Below, piece by piece: positions 10,233 to 19,750 of a stretch of 64,000 nt of DNA. Numbering within the stretch: the first letter of the stretch is position 1; the number at the start of each line of letters is the position of its first letter. The position numbers and the translations under genes are program-made. The notes below the pieces were generated by a model. It ran no database searches and was not told where the DNA came from. It saw only the letters and a list, made by a program, of their open reading frames with translations. Where the stretch lies: contig DATKGW010000012.1 of assembly GCA_035510605.1 (NCBI GenBank), positions 47,895 through 111,894 on the forward strand. The letters run 5' to 3'. The DNA is from Patescibacteria group bacterium (GTDB lineage: Bacteria > Patescibacteriota > Saccharimonadia > Saccharimonadales > CAIOMD01).

Positions 10233-10300
10233 TTTTTATTCCTCTTGAGTTATTTGGCGGCTGTAGCTTCAGCAAGTCTGCCAATATTTGTAGTACTCAT
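10229..10300 (-). pseudogene. yraN: Remnant of yraN (UPF0102)
   Basis: ATG 3 nt after the rnhB stop reads MSTTNIGRLAEATAAK*LKRNKN*, matching the YraN N-terminus GxxAExxAAxYL with the Tyr codon changed to TAA. The rest of the gene is absent. Confidence 0.7.
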
Positions 10301-10303
10301 ATT

Positions 10304-10846
10304 TTAATATCTCCGGCAGGGTTTAAAACTTAAACGATGGTGAACTGACACACCATGGATTTGCAGGGCAGCAGCATGAGCCTGCGTGCCATAACCAACA
10401 TGTTTCTCGAAGCCATATGCAGGAAATTGTTTGGCTAAAAAATTCATGTGGGCATCGCGGGCTACTTTGGCCACAATACTGGCAGCGCTAACCACTGGTA
10501 TGATTTGGTCGGCCTTAATTATTGTTCTGGCATTTAACGTCGGTACATAATTAACTGACCCATCAATAATTATCTCTTCCCGAGGTTTTAAAGATACTGC
10601 ATCTAGTGCCCGTGCCGTAGCCAGACGCATAGCTTTCGCCAAGCCAATATCATCTATTGTTTGAGCACTTACCCAACCGTATCCAATATCAGCGCTCAGT
10701 TTAATTTGCTCAGCCAGTTGCCGTCGGATTTTAGGACTAAGCTGTTTGGAGTCTTTTAGACCTTTAACCGGTTTATTCAACCTAACCGCACAAACCAGCA
10801 GTGGACCTGCCCAAGCTCCCCGCCCAACTTCATCTATTCCAATCAT
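10304..10846 (-). CDS. rnhB: Ribonuclease HII
   Basis: GIDEVGRG, DSK, IIDG, SAASIVAKV, HVGYGT motifs. Start taken at ATG 10846. Confidence 0.95.
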   Translation of the reverse strand: MIGIDEVGRGAWAGPLLVCAVRLNKPVKGLKDSKQLSPKIRRQLAEQIKLSADIGYGWVSAQTIDDIGLAKAMRLATARALDAVSLKPREEIIIDGSVNYVPTLNARTIIKADQIIPVVSAASIVAKVARDAHMNFLAKQFPAYGFEKHVGYGTQAHAAALQIHGVSVHHRLSFKPCRRY

Positions 10847-10863
10847 ATCTATCTTAGTATACA

Positions 10864-10891
10864 AAAACCTCCGATTTTACCCGGCGGTTTT
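10864..10891 (-). terminator. Probable intrinsic terminator after rplS
   Basis: Minus strand AAAACCGCCG-ggtaaaat-CGGAGGTTTT(T), one mismatch. Confidence 0.55.
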
Positions 10892-10913
10892 ATTTGTTTT
10901 TTAAACTGCAGAC

Positions 10914-11471
10914 TTATTGTTTTTTAAGTTTTTCTGACTCGACAACTTCTTGAGTCACCGCCTCGTGAGCCGCTAGGGCTTCTTCAAGCTTTCTGGCTTC
11001 TTTTGCTTCTTTAGTCTCGGCTGCTTTTTCTTCCTCTTCATGCGCCGCAGTAGCTTCTTCGTGTAATTTTTCTTCTTCGGCTTCAGCCTGAACATCGTGT
11101 ATGGCATTAACGGCTTTTTTATCAAAATCCACACCGGTTAATCTCGTGGATTTACCGGTCCTAACGCGCATATAACTCAAATAATTACGACGGACCTTAC
11201 TTCTTTTGACGACTTCGACTTTTAATACATTCGGGCTGTGTAACATATAATTTTTTTCAACACCAACACCACTGGCTATCCGTCGGACAGTAATACTGGC
11301 AGTTAAGCTTTTTTTGCGGTCGGTGCGAATTACCATGCCCTCGAATATCTGGATGCGCTCTTTGCCGGCTTCTTTAATTTTTTGGTGGACTTTAACAGTG
11401 TCGCCGGTATTAACATTAACTATCTGCGGCTTGATGTATTTGGCTTCAATTGTCTGTATTAGACTTGGCAT
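10914..11471 (-). CDS. rplS: 50S ribosomal protein bL19 with acidic C-terminal extension
   Basis: GDTVKVHQKIKEAGKERIQIFEG, TVRRIASGVGVE, KVRR..LSYMR; about 60-aa Glu/Ala/Lys-rich tail. Confidence 0.96.
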   Translation of the reverse strand: MPSLIQTIEAKYIKPQIVNVNTGDTVKVHQKIKEAGKERIQIFEGMVIRTDRKKSLTASITVRRIASGVGVEKNYMLHSPNVLKVEVVKRSKVRRNYLSYMRVRTGKSTRLTGVDFDKKAVNAIHDVQAEAEEEKLHEEATAAHEEEEKAAETKEAKEARKLEEALAAHEAVTQEVVESEKLKKQ

Positions 11472-11557
11472 GGCAAAAAATAGTCCTTAATTTTTACAAA
11501 TTATTAATTTAGAGTCAAAAAACACTATATCATATCTGTTTAATATTGAAAAGGGTT

Positions 11558-13159
11558 CTAGTAGTCGAGAACCCTAATGATTTCTTCTAGGCTTGTTACT
11601 CCAGAAATTACCCGAAGGACTCCATATTGCAGTATTGTCAGCATGCCGTCTGAGATTGCAATTTTTTCTAAATTATCGGTAGTGATTTCGTGGGCTGGTT
11701 TACGCAATTCTTGCTGCAAAGTCGGAGTCATTTGTAATAGTTCCCTGACAGCAAACTGGCCGGAGTAGCCAAACGGGTTATCGGCAGATGAACCCGGATG
11801 AAATAACTGCAGATTTTCTAAATTTGGCTTCTCTATATGGGCAGGTAGGGACCCAATAATTTCTTTTAGCCAATTTAATGTATGCTCATCCGGCGTATAG
11901 GGTTGTTTAGTAGCCTCGTCTAAACGCCGGACTAGGCGTTGGGCGGTTACCAAACGAATAGCAGAAGTGAAAAGCGGATTATCACCGATTGAATCCAATA
12001 AACGAGTTAAAGCAGCAGTGGCCGAGGAGGCATGATAAGTCGATAACACCAAATGGCCAGTTAAAGCCGACTGTAAAGCTGTTTTTGCGGTATCATTATC
12101 TCTTATTTCACCAACCATAATAACGTCCGGATCCAAACGGAGGACAGCCCGGAATTTCTCAGCGAAGCCATTGACCTCCTGGCTGGAATCCACCGGTATC
12201 TGAGTAATACCCTTGATGTAATATTCAACCGGATCTTCTAAAGTAATGATCTTTCTCTCCGGGCTATTTAGTTCATTAATTATGCTGTACAGTGTGGTAG
12301 TTTTACCTGAACCGGTCGGGCCAACTATTAAAACCAGGCCGCTGGGGTGGTTGATAATATCATCCAGCACATCTTTTTCTTCTTTATCAAGCCCTAAATT
12401 TTCCAACTTCATTAGCTCGGGATTCAGATTAAAAAGCCTGAGTACTACATCCATACCATATATGGCCGGTACCGTTTCAACGCGCAAATTAACTCTGACC
12501 TCTGTGCCATCGGCCAATTTATAGTTTTTGCTGATGTGGCCGGTTTGAGAATCGGCCGATGCGGTTGAAATATTGGCTGCTACTGCCAAGCTAGACAGCA
12601 GCATTTTATATTTATCCCGACTCATTTCGGCCACCGGATGCAATACCCCGTCCACCCTAAACCTAATGCGAATTCTATCTTCTTGGTTTTCTAAATGAAT
12701 GTCGGAAGCTTTCAAGCGGTAGGCTTGTGAAACAACATAAGCCAGCATGTCATCGGCCCGGACCTGCCCCAAAGTTTGCGAAACAGCCGCCAATTGATCT
12801 TTCTCTTCGGAGCTACTCAAGGCAATGTCGTGGTAAACAACCGTCTTGGGTGGATCATAACGCTTCATCAATTCCCTGTAACCAGTTTCAGAAATAAGCG
12901 CGAAGCTTACTTTTTGATCGGCAAATCTTTGCCGCAGATTATTCATTGTAGCTTGAGAAGTTGTATTGGTTACGCCAAATTGAATATTGTGAGGACCTGC
13001 TAAAATCGGGATGACTCTTAGATCATACAACTCGGGCACATTTAATATATCAGGGAACAAATCAACTTGACGGTTTGATGTATCTTCGTAAGGCATATTT
13101 AACAACCGCGCTCGGCGCAAAGTTGTTTGTTCATCTATAGTTCGAGCTTCATCAGCCAT
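11558..13159 (-). CDS. GspE/PilB-family type IV pilus / secretion ATPase
   Basis: ASDIHLE, RFRVDG, GPTGSGKTTTLY, TLEDPVEY, LRLDPDVIMVGEIRD, TGHLVLST. Confidence 0.92.
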   Translation of the reverse strand: MADEARTIDEQTTLRRARLLNMPYEDTSNRQVDLFPDILNVPELYDLRVIPILAGPHNIQFGVTNTTSQATMNNLRQRFADQKVSFALISETGYRELMKRYDPPKTVVYHDIALSSSEEKDQLAAVSQTLGQVRADDMLAYVVSQAYRLKASDIHLENQEDRIRIRFRVDGVLHPVAEMSRDKYKMLLSSLAVAANISTASADSQTGHISKNYKLADGTEVRVNLRVETVPAIYGMDVVLRLFNLNPELMKLENLGLDKEEKDVLDDIINHPSGLVLIVGPTGSGKTTTLYSIINELNSPERKIITLEDPVEYYIKGITQIPVDSSQEVNGFAEKFRAVLRLDPDVIMVGEIRDNDTAKTALQSALTGHLVLSTYHASSATAALTRLLDSIGDNPLFTSAIRLVTAQRLVRRLDEATKQPYTPDEHTLNWLKEIIGSLPAHIEKPNLENLQLFHPGSSADNPFGYSGQFAVRELLQMTPTLQQELRKPAHEITTDNLEKIAISDGMLTILQYGVLRVISGVTSLEEIIRVLDY

Positions 13160-13235
13160 AATTTAACTTTAGTATAGCAAGTAAAAACCACTAGCGGTAT
13201 AAGCATCTAACAGTATTTTGATATGATTAAGAGAT

Positions 13236-13742
13236 ATGATCCAATTGGCGCTAATACTATCAGACATAAGAAGTACTTTTAACGTCGGTAGCATCATGCG
13301 CAGTGCTGATTGTTTTGGGGTAAAACATATCTTTTTTGCCGGTTATACGCCATACCCGAAATATAATGGTGATACAAGGTTACCTCACCTAGCTGATAAA
13401 ATTACCAGGGCTATCCACAAAACAGCACTTGGAGCCGAAATAACAATACCTTTTGATTTGTATGATGATACCCAAAAAGCCATTACCGCCGCCCGCAAGC
13501 AAGGATATGTAATTGCCGCGCTTGAGCAATCACCAACCAGTCAAGCGTTGCACAAGTATCATCCGCCAACAAAATTGGCCTTAATATTAGGCAATGAAAT
13601 CGAAGGCGTTTCAATGCAGACTCTAAGCACAAGTGATGTCATACTAGAAATACCAATGAAAGGCCACAAAGAATCCTTAAATGTAAGTATTAGCGCTGCA
13701 GTTGCCCTGTACGCTCTAGGCTTTGTCCAAGAGGTTTCATGA
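13236..13742 (+). CDS. TrmH/SpoU family RNA methyltransferase
   Basis: IRSTFNVGSIMRSAD, LILGNEIEGV, IPMKGHKESLNVS. Confidence 0.92.
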   Translation: MIQLALILSDIRSTFNVGSIMRSADCFGVKHIFFAGYTPYPKYNGDTRLPHLADKITRAIHKTALGAEITIPFDLYDDTQKAITAARKQGYVIAALEQSPTSQALHKYHPPTKLALILGNEIEGVSMQTLSTSDVILEIPMKGHKESLNVSISAAVALYALGFVQEVS

Positions 13743-14437
13743 ACGTAAAAGATTTTATACTACACCGCCGTTTCGGCCATGGGCTATTTATCCTAGGGGC
13801 CTTTATGCTACTGATAGTTTTGGTTGTAATCGCCCCATTAAGCAGTGGCAAATCAATGGCTTTTGGGGTAAGCGATATAGTCAGCTTGACTAACCAAGCT
13901 CGCGACCAGATGGGTCTGCCAAACTTAACAACCAGCTCAGCCTTAATGAACGCTGCCCAGATGAAAGCCGAAGACATGGCCAAACAACATTATTTTGCTC
14001 ATACAGCACCAGACGGAACTGTAGCCTGGGACTATTTTAAAAAAGTCTCCTATGCCTACTCATCGGCCGGTGAAAATCTAGCTATTACCAACGAGGATGC
14101 CCAAGCTGTAATCAATGGCTGGCTTAACAGCCCGGCTCACCGCGATAATTTGCTAAGCGATGTCTATACTGATTTGGGAATCGGCATGGCCTCATATGGT
14201 GACTATGATGGCCATAAAAACACCTTCGTAATAGTGGCTTTCTACGGTAAATCAGCGGCCATCCAAAATTCGGCAGCAGCAACTAGCCCAGCCGGCACCA
14301 ATGTGGCATTCTTACCATCATTTACCAATATGCCTCCGGCCTTGCTTGTCTCAGTCGCAGCTTGTTTCATGCTTATCGGTGGAGTAATTGAACTTAAGCA
14401 TATTAAACAACTTCATCAAAGCCATAAAATTGCCTAA
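13739..14437 (+). CDS. CAP/SCP domain membrane protein
   Basis: TNQAR...AAQMKAEDMAKQHYFAH, AGENLA, WLNSPAHRDNLL; N- and C-terminal TMs. Confidence 0.9.
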   Translation: MNVKDFILHRRFGHGLFILGAFMLLIVLVVIAPLSSGKSMAFGVSDIVSLTNQARDQMGLPNLTTSSALMNAAQMKAEDMAKQHYFAHTAPDGTVAWDYFKKVSYAYSSAGENLAITNEDAQAVINGWLNSPAHRDNLLSDVYTDLGIGMASYGDYDGHKNTFVIVAFYGKSAAIQNSAAATSPAGTNVAFLPSFTNMPPALLVSVAACFMLIGGVIELKHIKQLHQSHKIA

Positions 14438-14442
14438 ATATG

Positions 14443-17400
14443 CTACTGAAACTTGACGTGCTCTTTTCCCACAAGCTCCTGCAAAGATTGCAATAAATCT
14501 TCGTCGCCCTTTATAAGTTGTGGCAGCTTAATCACTTGCTTATCACTACCTCCAAGCACCAGTACTGCCTCATTTGTACCCCGGTGATTATCTAAAATAG
14601 TTTTTAACTTTTGCAAAACATTTTCATCACTAGCATCTTGCATGCGGATATATAATCGCTTCTGAGCTGTCATGGGCGAATTGTTATGATTTTTGCCATA
14701 GCTCCCATTACCTGATTTGGTAGTTTTTAAAACTGTTTTGGCTCCTTTAGATTTATAATTTTTAGCTTCTTCTATAGTTACGACCCGGGCACTATCAACT
14801 AAAATTTTTGCTTCCGGCATAACTGTGCCGCTTCTATCCATGCCGTTAATTTTACCTGTCACTAATAAGATTTTTTCGTGGCTCCAAAGATCGGCAGTCT
14901 CTTTATAAACGGACGGAAAAACAACCAGTTCAATCTCCTCACCAAGTAAATCTTCTAATCGTACAAAAGCCATCGACTGGCCATTTTTAGTAGTAATCTG
15001 ACGGACATTATTAATCACACCGCCAACTGTGGCTGTTTTACCATCTTCGGCCGGTGTAATACGAGATAATTGTACGGCTTGTTCTGACATAAAAGTCTCA
15101 TAAGTCTCAAGTGGATGTTTAGATAAATATAGACCGAGTAGTTCACGTTCCCACAGTAAGTAATCATGTTCGCTATAAGTCCCGCTGCTCGGTGCTATTT
15201 CGATAGTCGAAACGGAAATATTGCTGGCCGTGTCATTGCCAAAAAGATCTGTTTGGCCACTATGACGGTCTTTGCCAAATTTAGCGCTTCTGGCTAAAAT
15301 AGTGTCAAGGTTTTCCAGCAAAGCACAACGGTCGCCAAAACGGTCAAAAGCGCCAGATTTTACCAAGCTTTCCCAGACTTTGCGATTGACTAAGTGGCTG
15401 TTTACCCTAGTTGCAAAATCAGTTATAGAGGTAAAGGCTCCGCCATTTTCTCTTGCTCTAATAATTTCGTCTACCGCGCCATGGCCAACGTTTTTTACAG
15501 CATCCATGCCAAAGCGAATCTCATCAATATTACCTTTGTCTTTTGGTACAACACCAAACTCGTTAAAGGATTGATTGACATCTGGTGGTAAAACCGTCAA
15601 CCCCATATGTTTACATTCGTTAATTTCGATTGATAAGCGATCAATGTCATCATAATCGCTGGTCATTAAGGCGGCCATGAAGGCAGCCGGGTAGTTCGCC
15701 TTTAAGTAGGCTGTCCAGTAGGCAACCATAGCATAACAAGCCGCATGACTCTTGTTAAAACAATAAGCCGCAAAATCCTCCAACTGTTTCCAGAACTGCT
15801 CCATTAGAGTGCTGTCGGCACTGGAATTTTTGATAGCTCCTTCAATAAATTCCACTTTCATTTTGGCTAGGACTTCCGGAATTTTCTTACCGATACCCTT
15901 GCGCAATGTGTCTGCCTGGCCGCCGCTAAAACCACACAGATCCTTACTGATTTGCATTACCTGTTCCTGATAAATCAAAACACCATGAGTACTTTCTAAG
16001 GCATTTTTCATTTTCGGGTGAAGATAAACAACTGCCTTTTTGCCATTTTTACGGGATATAAATTCATCTATAAACTGCATCGGGCCGGGACGGTATAATG
16101 CCACCATGGCGATAATATCTTCGAATACGCTTGGTTTTAATTGTTTTAAGTAACGTTTCATACCGGCCGATTCCAATTGAAAAACACCGGTGGTATCACC
16201 TCGGCTTAACAGTCTATAAGTCTTTTTATCATCAAGCGGCAGTGTTCCGACGTCAATCTCTTCACCATAAACTTTTTTAATAATCCTTAAGGCATTTTTA
16301 ATGGTTGTCAGGTTAGACAAGCCCAAAAAATCCATCTTTAAAAGCCCCAGATCATCGATAGGGCCCATAGCATACTGGGTAGTAATCACCCCCTTTTGAG
16401 CCATTACCAGAGGCACAAATTTGACGATATCATCGGGCGCGATTACCACGCCGGCGGCATGCACACCGTGGCTGCGGGCTGTACCTTCCAGCCTTATGGC
16501 CATATCAATTACTTGTTTTGCTATCGGGTTGTTTTCGTACTCGGCTTTAAGCTCGGTATTCTCTTTTATGGTTTGGCTTAGTGGAGTATGCCGGCCTTGA
16601 ACGGGTGGAGGTATCATTTTGGCTAGCCGGTCGACGTCTCCATATGGTACTTGCAATACTCTGCCGACATCTCTAACGGCCGCCCGGGCTGCCATTCGTC
16701 CAAACGTAATAATATTGGCCACTCTATCCGAACCATACTTATCCACGCAATACTGGATAACCTCATCTCTGCGAGAATCCTGAATATCAATATCAATATC
16801 AGGCATGCTGATACGATCCGGATTTAAAAATCGCTCGAATAGCAAATTGTATTTTAAGGGATCAAGCTCAGTAATTCTAAGAGCATAAGATATAATCGAG
16901 CCGGCCGCACTACCACGCCCCGGGCCAAACACGATACCATTATCCTTGCCCCATTTTATAAAGTCCCAAATTATCAAAAAGTAGCCGTTAAATTGCATAT
17001 GATGAATAACACTGAGTTCGTATTCAGCCCGCTCGGCAATATTTTTTGGCAACATTTTTTTGGCTTCGGCAATATTTAAATTAGCCGATATTTTCTCATT
17101 GACACCTCCGTATCTGGCAGCCAATCCTCTATAAACCAGTTTATCCAGATAACTTTTTTCGGTTTCACCCTTTGGCACCGTGAACTCAGGCATCATGATT
17201 TTACCAAGCTGCAATTCAACATCACACCTATCAGCAATAGCCTTGGTGTTGGTAATAAACTCCGGGTGTTCACCTCCCCAACGTTCAATAATTTCGTTAG
17301 GATCTTCAACATGCAGCGGGAATTCCTTCAAGGTCATCCGGTTGGTATCATTCAAGAACGAACCCGTACCGACGCAAAGCAAAATTTCATGAGCTTCTTG

Positions 17401-18108
17401 GTCTTCACGTTTTAAATAATGCGCATCACAGGTAACAACGACCGGAATATCATATTTCTTGGCTAGAGTTATGATTTTGTTGTTAACTGCTTGTTGTTCG
17501 GCATTAAACATTGGATTTTTAGGATGCCCATGGTCTTGGACTTCTAGATAATAGCGATTACCAAATATTTGTTTATACCACTTGATTGTTTTTTCGGCTT
17601 TAGCCTGCTGGCCTTCATTGAGTTCGGTACCAACTTCACCACCCATACAAGCACTTAAGACAATTAGCCCTTCATTGTATTTTTCCAACAATTCATGATC
17701 GACTCTGGGGTAATAATAAAAACCTTGCAGATTAGCGATTGTAGATAATCGCATTAAATTCCGATAGCCAACCATATTCATAGCCAGTAGAATTAAATGA
17801 TAACGATTTTTATCTTTTGCCGGATCCTTGTCGGTAATCTTACGGGCAGCCACATATGTTTCCATACCGATAATCGGTTTTATGCCGCAGGCTTTAGCTT
17901 CTTTGTAAAATTCGATTGTTCCAAATAATGAGCCGTGATCCGTTTTGGCCACCGCCGACATACCTTTTGTTTTTGTAAATTCAAGTAATGGGCCAATTTT
18001 AGTCAGACCATCAAGGAGACTGTATTGTGTATGGTTGTGCAAATGCACATAATCTCTAGCCGCCAAAGCGGTTGATGTTTTTACCAAGCTGCCTCCTAAT
18101 ATTCTCAA
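14443..18108 (-). CDS. dnaE: DNA polymerase III subunit alpha
   Basis: PHP domain (HLHNHTQYSLLDG), GRGSAAGS, MPDIDID, FNKSHAA, OB fold; no intein apparent. Exact start uncertain. Confidence 0.97.
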   Translation of the reverse strand: MRILGGSLVKTSTALAARDYVHLHNHTQYSLLDGLTKIGPLLEFTKTKGMSAVAKTDHGSLFGTIEFYKEAKACGIKPIIGMETYVAARKITDKDPAKDKNRYHLILLAMNMVGYRNLMRLSTIANLQGFYYYPRVDHELLEKYNEGLIVLSACMGGEVGTELNEGQQAKAEKTIKWYKQIFGNRYYLEVQDHGHPKNPMFNAEQQAVNNKIITLAKKYDIPVVVTCDAHYLKREDQEAHEILLCVGTGSFLNDTNRMTLKEFPLHVEDPNEIIERWGGEHPEFITNTKAIADRCDVELQLGKIMMPEFTVPKGETEKSYLDKLVYRGLAARYGGVNEKISANLNIAEAKKMLPKNIAERAEYELSVIHHMQFNGYFLIIWDFIKWGKDNGIVFGPGRGSAAGSIISYALRITELDPLKYNLLFERFLNPDRISMPDIDIDIQDSRRDEVIQYCVDKYGSDRVANIITFGRMAARAAVRDVGRVLQVPYGDVDRLAKMIPPPVQGRHTPLSQTIKENTELKAEYENNPIAKQVIDMAIRLEGTARSHGVHAAGVVIAPDDIVKFVPLVMAQKGVITTQYAMGPIDDLGLLKMDFLGLSNLTTIKNALRIIKKVYGEEIDVGTLPLDDKKTYRLLSRGDTTGVFQLESAGMKRYLKQLKPSVFEDIIAMVALYRPGPMQFIDEFISRKNGKKAVVYLHPKMKNALESTHGVLIYQEQVMQISKDLCGFSGGQADTLRKGIGKKIPEVLAKMKVEFIEGAIKNSSADSTLMEQFWKQLEDFAAYCFNKSHAACYAMVAYWTAYLKANYPAAFMAALMTSDYDDIDRLSIEINECKHMGLTVLPPDVNQSFNEFGVVPKDKGNIDEIRFGMDAVKNVGHGAVDEIIRARENGGAFTSITDFATRVNSHLVNRKVWESLVKSGAFDRFGDRCALLENLDTILARSAKFGKDRHSGQTDLFGNDTASNISVSTIEIAPSSGTYSEHDYLLWERELLGLYLSKHPLETYETFMSEQAVQLSRITPAEDGKTATVGGVINNVRQITTKNGQSMAFVRLEDLLGEEIELVVFPSVYKETADLWSHEKILLVTGKINGMDRSGTVMPEAKILVDSARVVTIEEAKNYKSKGAKTVLKTTKSGNGSYGKNHNNSPMTAQKRLYIRMQDASDENVLQKLKTILDNHRGTNEAVLVLGGSDKQVIKLPQLIKGDEDLLQSLQELVGKEHVKFQ

Positions 18109-18176
18109 AGACTATTATAAAAACATCAGGGCCAAAGTCCCAATGTTTTCTGCTGTAAAATATACTTACTCCAAAA

Positions 18177-18587
18177 CTATTTGGTGTTTTTAATGTAGTT
18201 TGTCAGATGTTTTTTAGCTTCGGAAGCCTGTTTGACGGCTGTTTTAAGTTCCGGGTCGTCTGCATCGCCACTTCTAATTGCACTTAATAGTTCTTTAACC
18301 TTTTTTTGGGCAGTTTTGGCATCTTTTATTAATTCTGATAATTTTTCTTTTGCATGACCTTTTAGGCTTTTAGCTTTTACTGCCGCTTGTTCCATTACCT
18401 TGCCCAAATCCTTATAAAGCTCTTTTAGGTGCTTCTCGGTTTCTCGTAAAGTTTTAGCGCTACTATTTTTAATTTCAGCCCGAGTTTCTTTGCCGCTTTT
18501 AGGCGCAGTTAAAATCCCGGCCACATAACCTGCCGCTAGACTGATTGTTGAAATGACGGCTATTCTTTTAGTGGTTTCTTTCTTCAT
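18177..18587 (-). CDS. YtxH-domain protein
   Basis: AGYVAGILTAPKSGKETR motif. Start at ATG 18587 with a GGAGGAG SD. Confidence 0.85.
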   Translation of the reverse strand: MKKETTKRIAVISTISLAAGYVAGILTAPKSGKETRAEIKNSSAKTLRETEKHLKELYKDLGKVMEQAAVKAKSLKGHAKEKLSELIKDAKTAQKKVKELLSAIRSGDADDPELKTAVKQASEAKKHLTNYIKNTK

Positions 18588-18603
18588 ATTAAAATCTCCT
18601 CCC

Positions 18604-18852
18604 TTATTTTTTGCTTCTTCGAACAGTTTTAAAAACATTGGTGAATATTTTTATAAAAGCTGCCGGAATGGCAACATTTCTAAAGGTAGAGCTTAGCGAT
18701 TCCATATCATTTACAAAACTTTCTGCTTGTCTGGTGATTTTTTTAGTACTTCGTAAAATTTTTATAAATAATATAGTCGCGATAATTGCCAGAATTAAAA
18801 ATATTGCCAGTACCACCGCTAAAATTATTACTAAAACGTGATATCCATCCAT
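18604..18852 (-). CDS. Small membrane protein (YtxG/DUF948-like position and shape)
   Basis: Long N-terminal TM followed by an amphipathic helix; directly upstream of the YtxH gene. Confidence 0.6.
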   Translation of the reverse strand: MDGYHVLVIILAVVLAIFLILAIIATILFIKILRSTKKITRQAESFVNDMESLSSTFRNVAIPAAFIKIFTNVFKTVRRSKK

Positions 18853-18868
18853 ATCACCTATTATACAA

Positions 18869-19750
18869 TCATTTCTCAGAAAGTCTATTTTCCAGGTATT
18901 TTCTAAAAGCCGGGCCTAGCTTAGGATCGCACAAGGCATGATCAACTACGGCGTGTAGATATCGGGATTTATCACCAGCGTCATGGTAGACACCATCTAT
19001 AAATTTGCCGTAAACCGTTTGGCTTTGGGCCAATTGGTTAATTGCATCCAGTAACACGATTTCACCACCTTTGCCTGGTTGTAAGTTGTTGACAATCGGC
19101 ACAATATCAGGCGTCAATAAATAACCGCCAACCGAAGCAAAGTTGGATGGCGCATTTTCGGGCCCGGGTTTCTCGACCAGCCTTTTTAAGCGAAATGTTC
19201 TGTCATCAAACTTGTCATCAACATCCACGATGCCATATTTTTTAGTATCTTCCGGCTTGACTTCTATCAAAGATATTACCGAAGCTTCGGTTTTTTCATA
19301 AACTTCTAATAATTGCTTGGCATGCGGTATTTCGCTTCTAAAAAAGTCATCAGCAAAAAACATGTAAAAAGGTTCATCCTTAGCCAGCAAATGAGAAGCG
19401 TTTTTTAGTGGCAAAGCATTACCTTTAGGTTCACCTTTTTGGCGAATATAAATAAAGTTGGCCATTTCGGCGATAGCCTTTATTTGTTCCGCCAATTCTT
19501 TTTTGCCGCGTGATATTAGTTCATTTTCCAACTCATCACTACGATCAAAGTGGTCTTCGATGGCTCTTTTGGTGCTGCCGGTTACAATGATAATATCGGT
19601 TACGCCGGATGCGACCAATTGCTCAACTACAATTTGAATAACCGGCCGATCAATTATTGGCAGCATTTCTTTAGGCATGGCTTTGGATTGCGGCAAAAAA
19701 CGGGTACCAAGACCGGCTGCCGCAATAACCGCTTTTGTCGGTTTTTTCAC
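18869..19750 (-). CDS. galU: UTP--glucose-1-phosphate uridylyltransferase
   Basis: KAVIAAAGLGTRFLPQSKAMPKEMLP, KRAIEDHFD, VEKP. Confidence 0.9.
   Translation of the reverse strand: MKKPTKAVIAAAGLGTRFLPQSKAMPKEMLPIIDRPVIQIVVEQLVASGVTDIIIVTGSTKRAIEDHFDRSDELENELISRGKKELAEQIKAIAEMANFIYIRQKGEPKGNALPLKNASHLLAKDEPFYMFFADDFFRSEIPHAKQLLEVYEKTEASVISLIEVKPEDTKKYGIVDVDDKFDDRTFRLKRLVEKPGPENAPSNFASVGGYLLTPDIVPIVNNLQPGKGGEIVLLDAINQLAQSQTVYGKFIDGVYHDAGDKSRYLHAVVDHALCDPKLGPAFRKYLENRLSEK

Noticed and set aside
14443-18108. Intein or intron in dnaE
   Set aside because: Length and motif spacing are normal; no splice-junction motifs seen.
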